IMG/VR virus record: IMGVR_UViG_3300028844_007041 | Span: 1-60,349 of that record | Source of the DNA: a virus | Lineage: Duplodnaviria > Caudoviricetes | Direction: 5' to 3' (one strand) | DNA length: 60,349 nt | In this document: positions 40,801-48,881 of the stretch, piece by piece | Layout: every line of letters starts with the position of its first letter | Position numbering within the stretch: position 1 is the stretch's first letter | Position numbers and translations under genes: made by a program | The notes under the pieces: model-generated | What the model was told of the DNA's origin: nothing | Database searches by the model: none | Seen by the model: the letters and a program-made list of their open reading frames with translations, nothing else

Positions 40801-40896
40801 AGTTTGATAATGGTCATTTAATTCAACTTTTCTCCTTTGAGGAGGTTGCCATCCAGCACCTGGATGGTTTTGAGGTTTTACATTTAAAACTGCCAA
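34840..40896 (-). CDS. Very long tail fibre with C-terminal S74 chaperone (2018 aa, TTG start)
   Basis: AAGGAG RBS before TTG; N-terminal DHYQTWLVNYNEI anchor; VEDKNILIN, VG(L/I)GT..P shaft motifs; TSDGRFKTNI...GVHFTWK...GVIAQELE.VVPEAV...VNYEKVIPLLIE. Confidence 0.85.
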   Translation of the reverse strand: MAVLNVKPQNHPGAGWQPPQRRKVELNDHYQTWLVNYNEIRKEVNSASALSTPRTLVYRNEAGSIGVNKIYMNEMVLGTSNPYADPATVQSDFVLTNTEFKLGPNIDVSFGGPVLFGDTVTIGGAISVGGIDSTGPSNFTDLVSFGSIVSFGPGSQLVANGQAIFNNQVFANDGLDVTGATFFNGAIEATGDVIIEGSVDIEEDLIVRGNLSVLGVRTQLEVSELVVEDKNILINKNDLYTPLNSGIFIQKGTDVEAGFFRVHDVDDKYLQFKAPSAHTLTLDIPYQDVTLRLEDDFSVDQSLTKTSNVTFRSLTLDDNYARHSGVPGYVQSNLDIIANTRGWISTPWTYTNVVESFSDLTTQNTTGLFMGTTFWTNRHETALVNQGKESIFITDMGKVGLGTTAPTTQFQLYQNEPVLSITSDNYTKPSAIQLKDLNDDISSSGLQLVYDANTALGTLEVTTQSLTSGLNLSVGGLNSAPEVKILSSDITMNTDLFVKGEVIIDQDLITENTLYVRPNRVGINVINPAEELDVSGNIHGDSDLILDGIEPFIRMGTITTLVSSGRSGLVVEEESPLIQLSTTDSMYRHGTILFLNDDAHQRRWSLGTVNNGDIFDIGKSFNTALNIPEHGLDEYHGETLLRLNGASDKAFWYLSADDNNPAMILNTRTNGVHLYLGEQTTIQTGERSTIIYGPNDYSSVIQWHGTTSSRGELSYFPNGNDDHEYGSFRFSRKAGGVNTGHPTAKVGVHQLYAHDKIAVSNTAPTAELHIQKDQSRILQETESSQQYFSVTSNTNDVHLIGENVPGWSSFELLAMNPAISRLRSKDYKVETKADHSPTGMVTSLVLDSDGNTMSFVNDNLNGISGFEIARPDKIYRLNMDNINHRVGIYLQNHVDTFSNLDIKEQTFDLTQQVIDSKVHQHIDRTANTVWQKMINQSDSSAEFILRDTIAEDQFSLATGQESKRTISTTNIVDRIEFTPTNWTNLSISAGRALLETRANNYFYTVDSNKTGNTSRLKLQNDIEYFQINIDNPSQQSLLQLTSPGQDSILAMDDVNQFALFKIDSLSGYKDETKLDIAAGTTYNQLTTQKQNSVLTLNESAASSRYELQEDTATPTEYAYDMHLDRANQTSYSKMYSGNQVAETLLFDASMYTRFLIDGSNNYYIKKELNRSIESGYKAFSVDNRMEELNFHPAGATTKTTYKIDQANNYIYQLNLDEGVTRGNIDMSVGDQYNRYIMDIQKDDVSTISLSNKDFNNRYAVLIDAETTVSDRISVANGADYFSKTFYASIPNRKSESRISVDVEEYELVLDNANERVEQLIRRENQSAHLTMADNAGTPSTNYVFNNSNNFVYDLFLDQSVVSTTMTAGTNVLRHTNDSTTSNTSLGFNGVSYTLKHIDPSDNYLYTAWRDHIDIWVDTFFAANATFNGPYTTFNSEVVFSPTSNTNFHGPLSMHDEVWFSPTSNTLIDGETTYGPGSNTTLHGTTTYSASSSTEIHGETTYGPGSNTTVEGTTTYSSNSTTEIHGETTYGPGSNTTVDGTTTYSTNSTTEIHGETVYSPGSNTTIEGSTTYSTNSTTEINGDTTYSTTSTTNVEGDTVYGPTSTTTVDGDTTYTTNSTTTIGGDTVYTTDSTTTVDGDTTYTTNSTTTVGGDTTYTTTSVTNVQGDTVYAPGSNTVIEGTTVYGPGSHTVEEGTIIFKEGSNTEFRGNTTVYTPMYFPPGIKSDLTFHLTDSELSDNWEYPNPSNTPPTPNTKYIVWHGVDTHSKDAYIYYGALTSGTNTWGVNDSLPNSKLFINADQIDFSFNNDQNMLINTNEILVNKTVKQSHIDNLFEYRNDENKWLLKARTADEGIYWNKTNSPSYSLQSYGESTNPENIQNQIVFAGGSSAKAAIDLDTGTIRAKGDVIADGDIISFVTSDGRFKTNINNIRPQDKIKRLRGVHFTWKEDNPHGYTGDDVGVIAQELESVVPEAVRKNADGHYQVNYEKVIPLLIEVIKKQDIRQDLLEEELRTIKRHIGLL
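35779..36492 (-). repeat. 17 tandem 42-bp/14-aa Thr-rich repeats, consensus G(E/D/T)T(T/V)Y(G/S/T)..S(N/T)T.(V/I).
   Basis: Counted from the translation, GETTYGPGSNTTLH through GTIIFKEGSNTEFR; the first eight alternate as a 28-aa unit. Confidence 0.95.
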
Positions 40897-40907
40897 GTTA
40901 TTTCTCC

Positions 40908-43900
40908 TTAATTATCCAATGCTAGGATTCTTACATTTTCGGCGATAGGTATATCAACAAAGTTTGTACTTGTGAAACAAATTTTTATTTGAAAGTATTT
41001 AAATCTTGGATCAGGGCTGATCCGATTTGTTTCAAATTCAATCGTTTTAGCTTGATTGTTATTTGAATATTTATCAGCAATACCTGTTATACAAGGCATT
41101 CTGTTGAATGGTTGTAAAACAAAATTATTGAACGGTGCGGTGTTTTCGAGAACACGATAATATAAGAAAACGTCATTATTATTTTTTAAGATTGCATCCA
41201 TTTGAACATACAATTGCATTGCTTCGAAATCATCAGCCAAAGTTACTACTGGAGAGTAATAACGATAGTACGCACTACCACTATTTTGAGCATCAAATTC
41301 AGTTTTGATGTCAAGGTTGATCATTAATTCATTTGCAATAACTGTATTTGTAGTTGTATCAATGTATACACCAGGTATGCTTTCAAATACACCAGTTGTT
41401 GAATTAGCTTTTTGTGCTGTAATATCAAAGTCAGGTGTGTACATCAAGAAATTTGGATCACTATAGTAATTTACAATCTGACCTACTGAATCAATATCAA
41501 GTTTACAGATACCACCAGGATATATGTTTGGTATTGGATCTTGTTCAAGTGTAATCTGGACAAGGTTGGCATCAAAGCCACTTCTTAAACCACTAACTGT
41601 TGCCGCAGATAACTTGCCTGAATTAATATTATGTTGAATAGTTGTTAAAGAAAGCCGCTCAAGGTCAATCACTGGACTATATCTTACATCATTTGATCGT
41701 ATCTTACAAATTAATTCATAGTCATTTGCAGAAAATACTTTTCTTTTTTCAAGCAAGGTCGTTACATTTGGCTTTGCTTTTTTGTATAGAACATCTAGAA
41801 CTGATGTATCATGATTTCTTGCTTTCCATTCAAAATCGGTATAGGTATCTGTGAGTTTAAGTGAATTATAATTCAATCGATAACGGTCAACAAAATGATT
41901 AAAGTTATTATCATCGATGTATAATTTAATTTGTTTTTCTGAAGTATCAAATTGTGCGCAGAAAATTCGACATTGAAAAACTTCTGAACCATTACCAGTT
42001 TGTTGAAGTGCTGGTATGCAACTATCAACAAGAATATTATTTGTACCATTATTTGTATACACTTCAACATTTGATTCACTTCGTATTACTAATGAGTATT
42101 CAGAATTTGATGCAATGAAAACAGGTACTGGAAAGTCAATTAGATATTCATCATCAAAACCTGAATCTAATGTAAACACTTGCTCACTGAAAGGTAAAAC
42201 AAGTGATGGTGAAAGATTATCATTTACCATTGGTTGAATTGTAAAGATTACTTTCTCTGCATTTGGACTATTATTTTTCATTCTCACTGATATACGAGAA
42301 ATGAAACAAGAGTCATCAAAAATAAATGGTTGATGAAGTGGATTTTTAATCCTTGTTGTGCTATTGATAATAAAAGTTTTATCATCAATATATTCATTTT
42401 CATCATTTGAAAATAGTTTTCTTTGTACCGGTCTTACAGATTGAGAGAAACTTGTTTTAGTTTCAAGCAGTCCTGCAATAGGAAAACGATTTGTTGCTAC
42501 TGTATATTTTGCACCAGCTTTTCGTCTTACCTGAACTTCAAGTGAAGTATTTGTGGCATAGTCACCATCATTAATCGTGATGTCTCCACACATGTTCGAT
42601 CGGTTATCAAGATACAACGAAGAGAATGTATGCTCTTGTACAACTGTACCAACAAAGTTTGTAATATTTTGATTAACTTGAAATAGTTCTTCTGTAATAT
42701 TTGTAATGTATAGCCAGTAATAATCTTTACCCAGAACTGTTTGATCAAATTGAATATCACGAATTGTACCATATGCTGTGCCCAATGCACCGAGGGGCTG
42801 AATTAGTTCATAGTTCAAATACTTATGAACAAAATCTGCTTTCGGTGTTGTGCCTGAAGATTCAAAGTATAATCGTTGTCCTTGATTGAATCCAACTGGT
42901 GATCCATTGATGAAGACTTGATACTCTTCAATATCATATCTGAGCATCTTTAAAACAAAGCCAATACGAAGTTCACGATTTTTCAATGACAAAGTAGTAT
43001 TGATTTTTTTATCACCTATAATTTTTTCAATATTGTTTTTGTTGTTCACCATCTGTCCTGTTTTCTGAGACAGAGTGGCGTTTTGAATTGCATATGGATT
43101 CTCATCAATATCAACACCAGACCAATATTGTTCCCATATATTCCATTGTGTATTGAATCCTTGTGTTCCTATTTTTTTCCAATTTTTATATTGATTGTCT
43201 TCATTAAGTAAAACACTTGGAATTGTTGATTGACTGTACCAAGTATCGCTAAATGGATGAAGTGTTAATTGACCATTAATTAAATTAATTTGAGTTGATT
43301 TGCGAGTTACTTGTCCTGGTAAAACTGTATTTGTTTTTTGAACATGTCCAGTGATTGGCAAAGTGATGATATTATTCCTCACTCTTGGATATGAAGAATT
43401 GATTACAGCAGATGTTGATGGTGCAAGCAATGTGTTATGTGAATAAAATGAAGGATATAACTTCATATTTTTCATATCAATGGATGCACTGAATCCTGGT
43501 TGGTCAACATCAGCAATTGCAAAACCTGCAAACATATCAACAATCAAACCATTCATGTGTCTTTCATCACCAGCAGAATCAGTAATATTTGTTTGTAATG
43601 CTTGTAATTCAAGAGCATTCAATTGAACAATGTCTTCAAGATTTTCAATTCTCTTTTGTAATTTTGAAATATCTTTCATTGTATAATTACGATTATCAAT
43701 CATCTTATAAGTGACATCATCAAATCGGAATGTATACGCCGGCATTGTTAGATTATACAACTTAATATTAAAATCAGATGCTTCATAATCAACTTCGTTT
43801 TCATAGGTGAGTTCAATATCAGAAGAACCATTACCATCAATTGAAATTACTTTCTCTTCATTTTTGTAATAAGTATAATCATAATAAACTGTACTGATTA

Positions 43901-46900
43901 CTGCCTGTTCTTGCTGAAAGGCATAAAGCTCACCTTTTGGTCTTCTTAATGGTCGGAAATCAATTACGTTTCTTAGTGGAAATTTCTTACGAATAGGATC
44001 TACATACGTTGGTATTGCTCGATAATGTACATCAACATAACTATCTACAGTTGCATAATGTCCTGTTGATGATTTGAAATAATCGTATTCAATTTCAAAA
44101 TAATAAAATGCATTTGTTGAATTGATATTGACAATATCTGGCATTGTCATATAAGGTTTTAGTTTAATTCTACCATAATCATAATGAGTTTCTTTTTGTC
44201 CATTGTCAAGATAAAAATAATCTGTTAGATCAACAAGAGGTGCTGTTTTACCAATACCTACCATAATCTTACGAATTCGATATAAATCACTATGCATCAA
44301 TTCGAATTCAAAAGGAGATGCAGCATAGTAACGATTGTCATCACTAATGATCATCTTTGTTGCAACATCAACTGATACGGTAAACTTATCAGTAAAGTTT
44401 GTCAAATCTTTTGTTTTTGGTGCTGGTATGTTTACTGGTATACTTGCATGAACTATAAAATTATCATTCGTTACAAACGTATCCAAGAAATTTATTGTCA
44501 TGATATGTCCGGCGATATTTGCACTTGAAATTGGTACGTTCTCACCTTTATAGTACATAATATTGCCAGTGTTCAAAGTATCATAGATTGTATCAGCGGC
44601 AAATACTTTTACATCTGAATTTGGAATGTTGTAGTTTTCTTGGTACTTAACTCCAATATTTTGAGACAACGTATTTGTGTTGCCTGCAGAAACCAACCAA
44701 GATTCTTGGTAAAATAACTTATAGTCTGTAACATTTATATTTTTGATTTCACCTTCACCATCATTTATAATTGGTATAAATTTCTTTTGTGTTTGATTTG
44801 GTGTACGAATTTCAGGTTCATCAAATGCATTCTTTTTAATATTACCCCAATATTCAAGACCATTTATATAATTTGATTTGACGATTGAATTTATATTTTT
44901 AGTATTATATTTTAATTCAACAACATCTAAACCATAAAAGTTAATTGGGTTTGTAATTGAAACATCATCTAATATAAATTCTTGTGTTGCTCCAATGTAC
45001 TGACGAATTCGCCATTGCTGTCCATTGTTTACAATGTACATTCCAGTATATGCATCATCTGAGAAACTTAAATCAAGTGAATATGAAATGAAAGAATTTG
45101 GTCCTGTAAAACTTGCGACTAAAAAATGAAATGGTTGAATAAGTTTATAGTGAGAAAAATGAAACATTTCTGGTTGAACTACATCAACATAGTTTACACG
45201 GCAAGTACCAATTCTTGTTGATTCATATTGTCTGTCATAAAATTCATGATATGAAGGTTTCTGAATTGTAAATGTATTTGTTGAATCAAGTAAAGGTGAA
45301 TAAGTGTGTACTTCCATATATGTACTTAAAGGTTGCACATCGCTCACCTTAGCTACAAATTTTTCTTGAGTTATTTCATCTTGAATTACAACCATTTCAT
45401 TATTCGCAAAATGAGTATCAAACGTTCCTATTGATGTTTGAAATACTACATCTGGATTTCCTTGATAAGATAACATTAAATTTGACATGACTTCTGAAGC
45501 ATAGTTTTCTGCCATATCACGTCCAAAAGGTGTAGTCACAATATAATCAATTGAACTTAATGTATAAGAACCTGTTGCACCATTACTGAGATTTGAAATC
45601 GTGTATGTTCCTGTTGCAGGAATACCAATTGAATTATTTTTTGTTTGTGATATTAACCGATATCTTGTATCTCCATCTGTACTTTCAAAAATTGCTCCAT
45701 TTGTATCGATCTGAATTCTCTCACCTTGTGCAATAGGTAATGGTACTGAAAAATTGCCAGCTTGAGTTATGACCAAATCATATAAACTTGAGTTTTTTGT
45801 ACAGTGTAAATCAACTTCTTCAATTTGATCAAATTTAAGAGAAAACTTTGTGTGTGCGAAATCAGACAATTCAAAATAATGTTGATTAGGATGAATTGAA
45901 CTATCAGTTTCAATAGTATTTCTTGCTTTGATATCCTCAAGCCGAGTATTGAAAGTTGTTTCAAAACGATAACCTTTTACATATGCTTTACCTTCAGATA
46001 GAATATAATTCAATTTATTTTCATCACGAAGTTCAATATAGTTACCAATCTTTGCTGCTGTGAGCAATTGAGGTTTATTTCGATCTAAGAATTGATCGTA
46101 ATGAATATCACTTACTTTTATTCTTGTATCTGATTCAATTTCAGTAATAAGTAATAAACGATTATAATTGATTTCAGTATCAAACATCAAGTAATTCTCA
46201 ACTTGCAATGACCGGTAATTTGTATCTTCACCTTCAATTGTATATGTTGTTACATCACCAGTAATTTGAAATTGAGATAAAAAATGTTTACCTTCTAAAG
46301 GTAGGTCTGAACGTACTTCAAGTTTAAACGGATCAACAACAAAGTTACCATTGATTTCATATGTTCGACGAGCAAGCGTATCACCCAGAACACTATAAAA
46401 AGGATACTTCACACGATAAACAATTTTACCTTCACTATATTTTAAAAGAGGAACAAATTTCCAATCCTTTTCTTGTTGTACATAATCAATCTCATGTGAT
46501 TTAAGTCTTAGCTGAAGTATTAAACGGTCAGCACCAGGAGTATTATCGTTTACTGAGAATTGAGATGGATCATATAATTGTTCACCAAACTCTCGATCAT
46601 GGACATCTACAATCTTCCAAAACAATTCAACACCAACCTCAACACTCATTCGTGTTACATCATCAATTGCAAAGATATATTTTTGTTCTACAATGTTGGT
46701 GAAATACCCCGAGATGTAAAATGTATTATTTTTGATATGAGCATACAAACCATTCTTTGATTGTTTTGTTTTGAGTATGCCAATCTTTTCAATATTTGAA
46801 CCAGAAATATTTTGTACAAAAACAGCAACATCACCAACTGCGGTAATGGGATATTCAATAAGACCATCTGTAAACTCAACACCAAGTAATGTTCTTTGAA

Positions 46901-47315
46901 TTATGCCGTCCTTTATTTCAGCACTTTTTATTGATACAAATTTCGCTTTTTGAATTTGATCGCCAGTTGTTTGATCTACAAATACAATAACATCTGTTTC
47001 TGAAACATTTGGAGTTTCATTTGCATATTCATCAAGTTCAAATAATCGACAGTCATAAGTATCAATTCCACCAGAAGAAGTTACAATTGAACCATCTTTG
47101 AATGTATGATTTCCAAATCTACGAATTTGTTCTTGTAATATATCTTGAAGTTCAATAAGTTCAACAGATTGGAGAGGATACCCGGGCTTGAATAGAATTT
47201 TTGAGAATACTTTGGAATCAAATTTTTTAAAGTAAGGACTGTTTGATATTTGACTGAGCAATGTTTTGGAAACACCAAACTCTTCAACTAGAGGTACTTG
47301 TGAGTTGTTAGACAT
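40908..47315 (-). CDS. DUF4815/VrlC-like large baseplate structural protein (2135 aa)
   Basis: KILFKPGYPLQ..EL.ELQDILQEQIRRFGNH.FKDGS; PGADRL; LARRTYEINGNFVV.PF; GKAYVKGY; IDFRP; RNYTMKDI..L.KRI.NLE. Confidence 0.8.
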   Translation of the reverse strand: MSNNSQVPLVEEFGVSKTLLSQISNSPYFKKFDSKVFSKILFKPGYPLQSVELIELQDILQEQIRRFGNHTFKDGSIVTSSGGIDTYDCRLFELDEYANETPNVSETDVIVFVDQTTGDQIQKAKFVSIKSAEIKDGIIQRTLLGVEFTDGLIEYPITAVGDVAVFVQNISGSNIEKIGILKTKQSKNGLYAHIKNNTFYISGYFTNIVEQKYIFAIDDVTRMSVEVGVELFWKIVDVHDREFGEQLYDPSQFSVNDNTPGADRLILQLRLKSHEIDYVQQEKDWKFVPLLKYSEGKIVYRVKYPFYSVLGDTLARRTYEINGNFVVDPFKLEVRSDLPLEGKHFLSQFQITGDVTTYTIEGEDTNYRSLQVENYLMFDTEINYNRLLLITEIESDTRIKVSDIHYDQFLDRNKPQLLTAAKIGNYIELRDENKLNYILSEGKAYVKGYRFETTFNTRLEDIKARNTIETDSSIHPNQHYFELSDFAHTKFSLKFDQIEEVDLHCTKNSSLYDLVITQAGNFSVPLPIAQGERIQIDTNGAIFESTDGDTRYRLISQTKNNSIGIPATGTYTISNLSNGATGSYTLSSIDYIVTTPFGRDMAENYASEVMSNLMLSYQGNPDVVFQTSIGTFDTHFANNEMVVIQDEITQEKFVAKVSDVQPLSTYMEVHTYSPLLDSTNTFTIQKPSYHEFYDRQYESTRIGTCRVNYVDVVQPEMFHFSHYKLIQPFHFLVASFTGPNSFISYSLDLSFSDDAYTGMYIVNNGQQWRIRQYIGATQEFILDDVSITNPINFYGLDVVELKYNTKNINSIVKSNYINGLEYWGNIKKNAFDEPEIRTPNQTQKKFIPIINDGEGEIKNINVTDYKLFYQESWLVSAGNTNTLSQNIGVKYQENYNIPNSDVKVFAADTIYDTLNTGNIMYYKGENVPISSANIAGHIMTINFLDTFVTNDNFIVHASIPVNIPAPKTKDLTNFTDKFTVSVDVATKMIISDDNRYYAASPFEFELMHSDLYRIRKIMVGIGKTAPLVDLTDYFYLDNGQKETHYDYGRIKLKPYMTMPDIVNINSTNAFYYFEIEYDYFKSSTGHYATVDSYVDVHYRAIPTYVDPIRKKFPLRNVIDFRPLRRPKGELYAFQQEQAVISTVYYDYTYYKNEEKVISIDGNGSSDIELTYENEVDYEASDFNIKLYNLTMPAYTFRFDDVTYKMIDNRNYTMKDISKLQKRIENLEDIVQLNALELQALQTNITDSAGDERHMNGLIVDMFAGFAIADVDQPGFSASIDMKNMKLYPSFYSHNTLLAPSTSAVINSSYPRVRNNIITLPITGHVQKTNTVLPGQVTRKSTQINLINGQLTLHPFSDTWYSQSTIPSVLLNEDNQYKNWKKIGTQGFNTQWNIWEQYWSGVDIDENPYAIQNATLSQKTGQMVNNKNNIEKIIGDKKINTTLSLKNRELRIGFVLKMLRYDIEEYQVFINGSPVGFNQGQRLYFESSGTTPKADFVHKYLNYELIQPLGALGTAYGTIRDIQFDQTVLGKDYYWLYITNITEELFQVNQNITNFVGTVVQEHTFSSLYLDNRSNMCGDITINDGDYATNTSLEVQVRRKAGAKYTVATNRFPIAGLLETKTSFSQSVRPVQRKLFSNDENEYIDDKTFIINSTTRIKNPLHQPFIFDDSCFISRISVRMKNNSPNAEKVIFTIQPMVNDNLSPSLVLPFSEQVFTLDSGFDDEYLIDFPVPVFIASNSEYSLVIRSESNVEVYTNNGTNNILVDSCIPALQQTGNGSEVFQCRIFCAQFDTSEKQIKLYIDDNNFNHFVDRYRLNYNSLKLTDTYTDFEWKARNHDTSVLDVLYKKAKPNVTTLLEKRKVFSANDYELICKIRSNDVRYSPVIDLERLSLTTIQHNINSGKLSAATVSGLRSGFDANLVQITLEQDPIPNIYPGGICKLDIDSVGQIVNYYSDPNFLMYTPDFDITAQKANSTTGVFESIPGVYIDTTTNTVIANELMINLDIKTEFDAQNSGSAYYRYYSPVVTLADDFEAMQLYVQMDAILKNNNDVFLYYRVLENTAPFNNFVLQPFNRMPCITGIADKYSNNNQAKTIEFETNRISPDPRFKYFQIKICFTSTNFVDIPIAENVRILALDN

Positions 47316-47365
47316 TTAATTATCCTTTTTTTCAACAACATGAAATTGTTTTAAATATACTATTT

Positions 47366-47373
47366 TATTTATA
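47366..47373 (-). promoter_or_regulatory. T4 late promoter TATAAATA for the baseplate/fibre operon
   Basis: Exact consensus on the minus strand, 51 nt upstream of 47315. Confidence 0.75.
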
Positions 47374-47390
47374 TCTACAGTTTTCCAAAA

Positions 47391-47398
47391 TATAAATA
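47391..47398 (+). promoter_or_regulatory. T4 late promoter TATAAATA for gp13
   Basis: Exact consensus, back-to-back with the minus-strand copy. Confidence 0.75.
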
Positions 47399-47437
47399 TT
47401 ATATGTGGATTCCAAAAACTTATACAAAAATATTCAT

Positions 47438-48298
47438 ATGATCAAAAACAGAGAAGATTTAATTAAATGGGCATTACGGGCTTTGGGCCACCCAGTACTT
47501 CATATTAATGTCACTGATGAACAAATGGAAGATCGTCTTGATGATACTTTAGAATTGTTCCAAGAATATAATATTGGTGGAACAACAAGAGACTTTCTTC
47601 GTTATCAGGTGACAGAAGAAGATATCTATAATCAATACATACCCATTGATGGTTCTTCTGTAATTGGAATAGTTCGTTTGATACCTGTACCGCATTCTTT
47701 ATTCGGTCAGACAGATATTGTATTCGATCCTATTTATCAATTATTGCAGGGTGCAAGAGGAATGTGGTCAACGATTGACCTCACATCATATGTGATGTTT
47801 CGAGAATTTGGTGAAACATTAGATATGATTCTCAAACCCAGGCATGATACAAGATTCAATCGGTATCAAAATAAACTTTTCATTGATTGGCATTGGGGTA
47901 ATCGTGATTGGAATGAGAAGACGACAACAACAGAAAGAGGAAAAACATTTGTAACCGAAGAAGAAGGTCTTGACATTCAACTTGAGCCAGAGTTTACGAA
48001 TAATCAGTATAAAGCAGATGTTTATCCAAATGACTTTATTATATTAGAATGCTATAAAGTTTTAGATCCGGATGAATATCCACTCGTTTATAATGACCGA
48101 TGGTTAAAAGAATATTACAAAGCAATGATTAAACTACAATGGGGACAGAATCTTTCAAAGTTCTCAGGCATGACATTACCTGGTGGTGTGCAATTGGATG
48201 GTAACGCTATGATGAGTGATGCAAATGCAGAACTTGACAAACTTAAAGAGCAGTTATATACAGACTACCAGGAGCCGCTCGGATTTATTATAGGATAA
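47438..48298 (+). CDS. gp13: Neck protein (T4 gp13-like); ATG 47438 preferred over GTG 47405
   Basis: REDLIKWALRALGHPVLHINVTDEQMEDRLDD...YNDRWLKEY..A.IK.QWGQNLSKFSGMTLPGGVQLDG...GFIIG. Confidence 0.9.
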   Translation: MIKNREDLIKWALRALGHPVLHINVTDEQMEDRLDDTLELFQEYNIGGTTRDFLRYQVTEEDIYNQYIPIDGSSVIGIVRLIPVPHSLFGQTDIVFDPIYQLLQGARGMWSTIDLTSYVMFREFGETLDMILKPRHDTRFNRYQNKLFIDWHWGNRDWNEKTTTTERGKTFVTEEEGLDIQLEPEFTNNQYKADVYPNDFIILECYKVLDPDEYPLVYNDRWLKEYYKAMIKLQWGQNLSKFSGMTLPGGVQLDGNAMMSDANAELDKLKEQLYTDYQEPLGFIIG

Positions 48299-48301
48299 AG
48301 A

Positions 48302-48613
48302 ATGCGTAAATTGTTACAAGTACACATGTACGAATCACACATCAGAACAAAAGTTGAACGAGACCAAACATATGCACAGGCTCTTTACTGTGCCCTCTGC
48401 AATCATCTATGGGAGCATGATGAAACCGGTGCAACAAACTCATTCTCATTTCGAGAAGCAGGTGGTGTTGTCGCCGACCTTCGTGGTCCAGAACACGATG
48501 AAGACTACCTCGATTATTACCCATCATTTGGTGATAATGGACTCTTCAAAGAAGGTGAAATCACTGAAGAGGTTGAGCATGATTTAGTTCAAATTGGGTG
48601 GACACATAAATAA
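48302..48613 (+). CDS. Hypothetical phage protein (103 aa)
   Basis: YAQALYCALCN...SFREAGGVVADLR...DYLDYY...EG.IT.EV..DL..IGW looks like a recurrent phage family; function unknown. Confidence 0.6.
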   Translation: MRKLLQVHMYESHIRTKVERDQTYAQALYCALCNHLWEHDETGATNSFSFREAGGVVADLRGPEHDEDYLDYYPSFGDNGLFKEGEITEEVEHDLVQIGWTHK

Positions 48614-48614
48614 T

Positions 48615-48806
48615 TTATTCGACACTATCATCATTGGATGATGTTAATAACTTTCTTAGCATCATCTTTTGCTGGGCATTTTTATCACCCCACATCATCT
48701 GACTAAAAAAGGATATATCATCTCCATATTCTTTTTCAATTTCTTTTTTATCAGTATTCTTATATAAAGAAAACGCCAATCCAAGTTTTGTATTAATGTA
48801 ATCCAT
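48615..48806 (-). CDS. Hypothetical protein (63 aa)
   Basis: Fills the gap between convergent and divergent neighbours; no motif. Confidence 0.4.
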   Translation of the reverse strand: MDYINTKLGLAFSLYKNTDKKEIEKEYGDDISFFSQMMWGDKNAQQKMMLRKLLTSSNDDSVE

Positions 48807-48816
48807 GGCAATTGCC

Positions 48817-48845
48817 TTGACAAGTGTTGTGTTTTATGTTATACT
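48817..48845 (+). promoter_or_regulatory. Host sigma70-type (early) promoter for the RNA ligase
   Basis: TTGACA (48817..48822), 17-nt spacer with extended TG, TATACT (48840..48845); AAGGAG RBS at 48870..48875. Confidence 0.85.
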
Positions 48846-48881
48846 TTCTTGTATATAGTAGTATTTTATAAGGAGAACTTT

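Noticed and set aside
113-47287. Numerous 60-170 aa ORFs nested in or antisense to the long genes
   Set aside because: They overlap well-supported genes, mostly use alternative starts and have no recognisable motifs.
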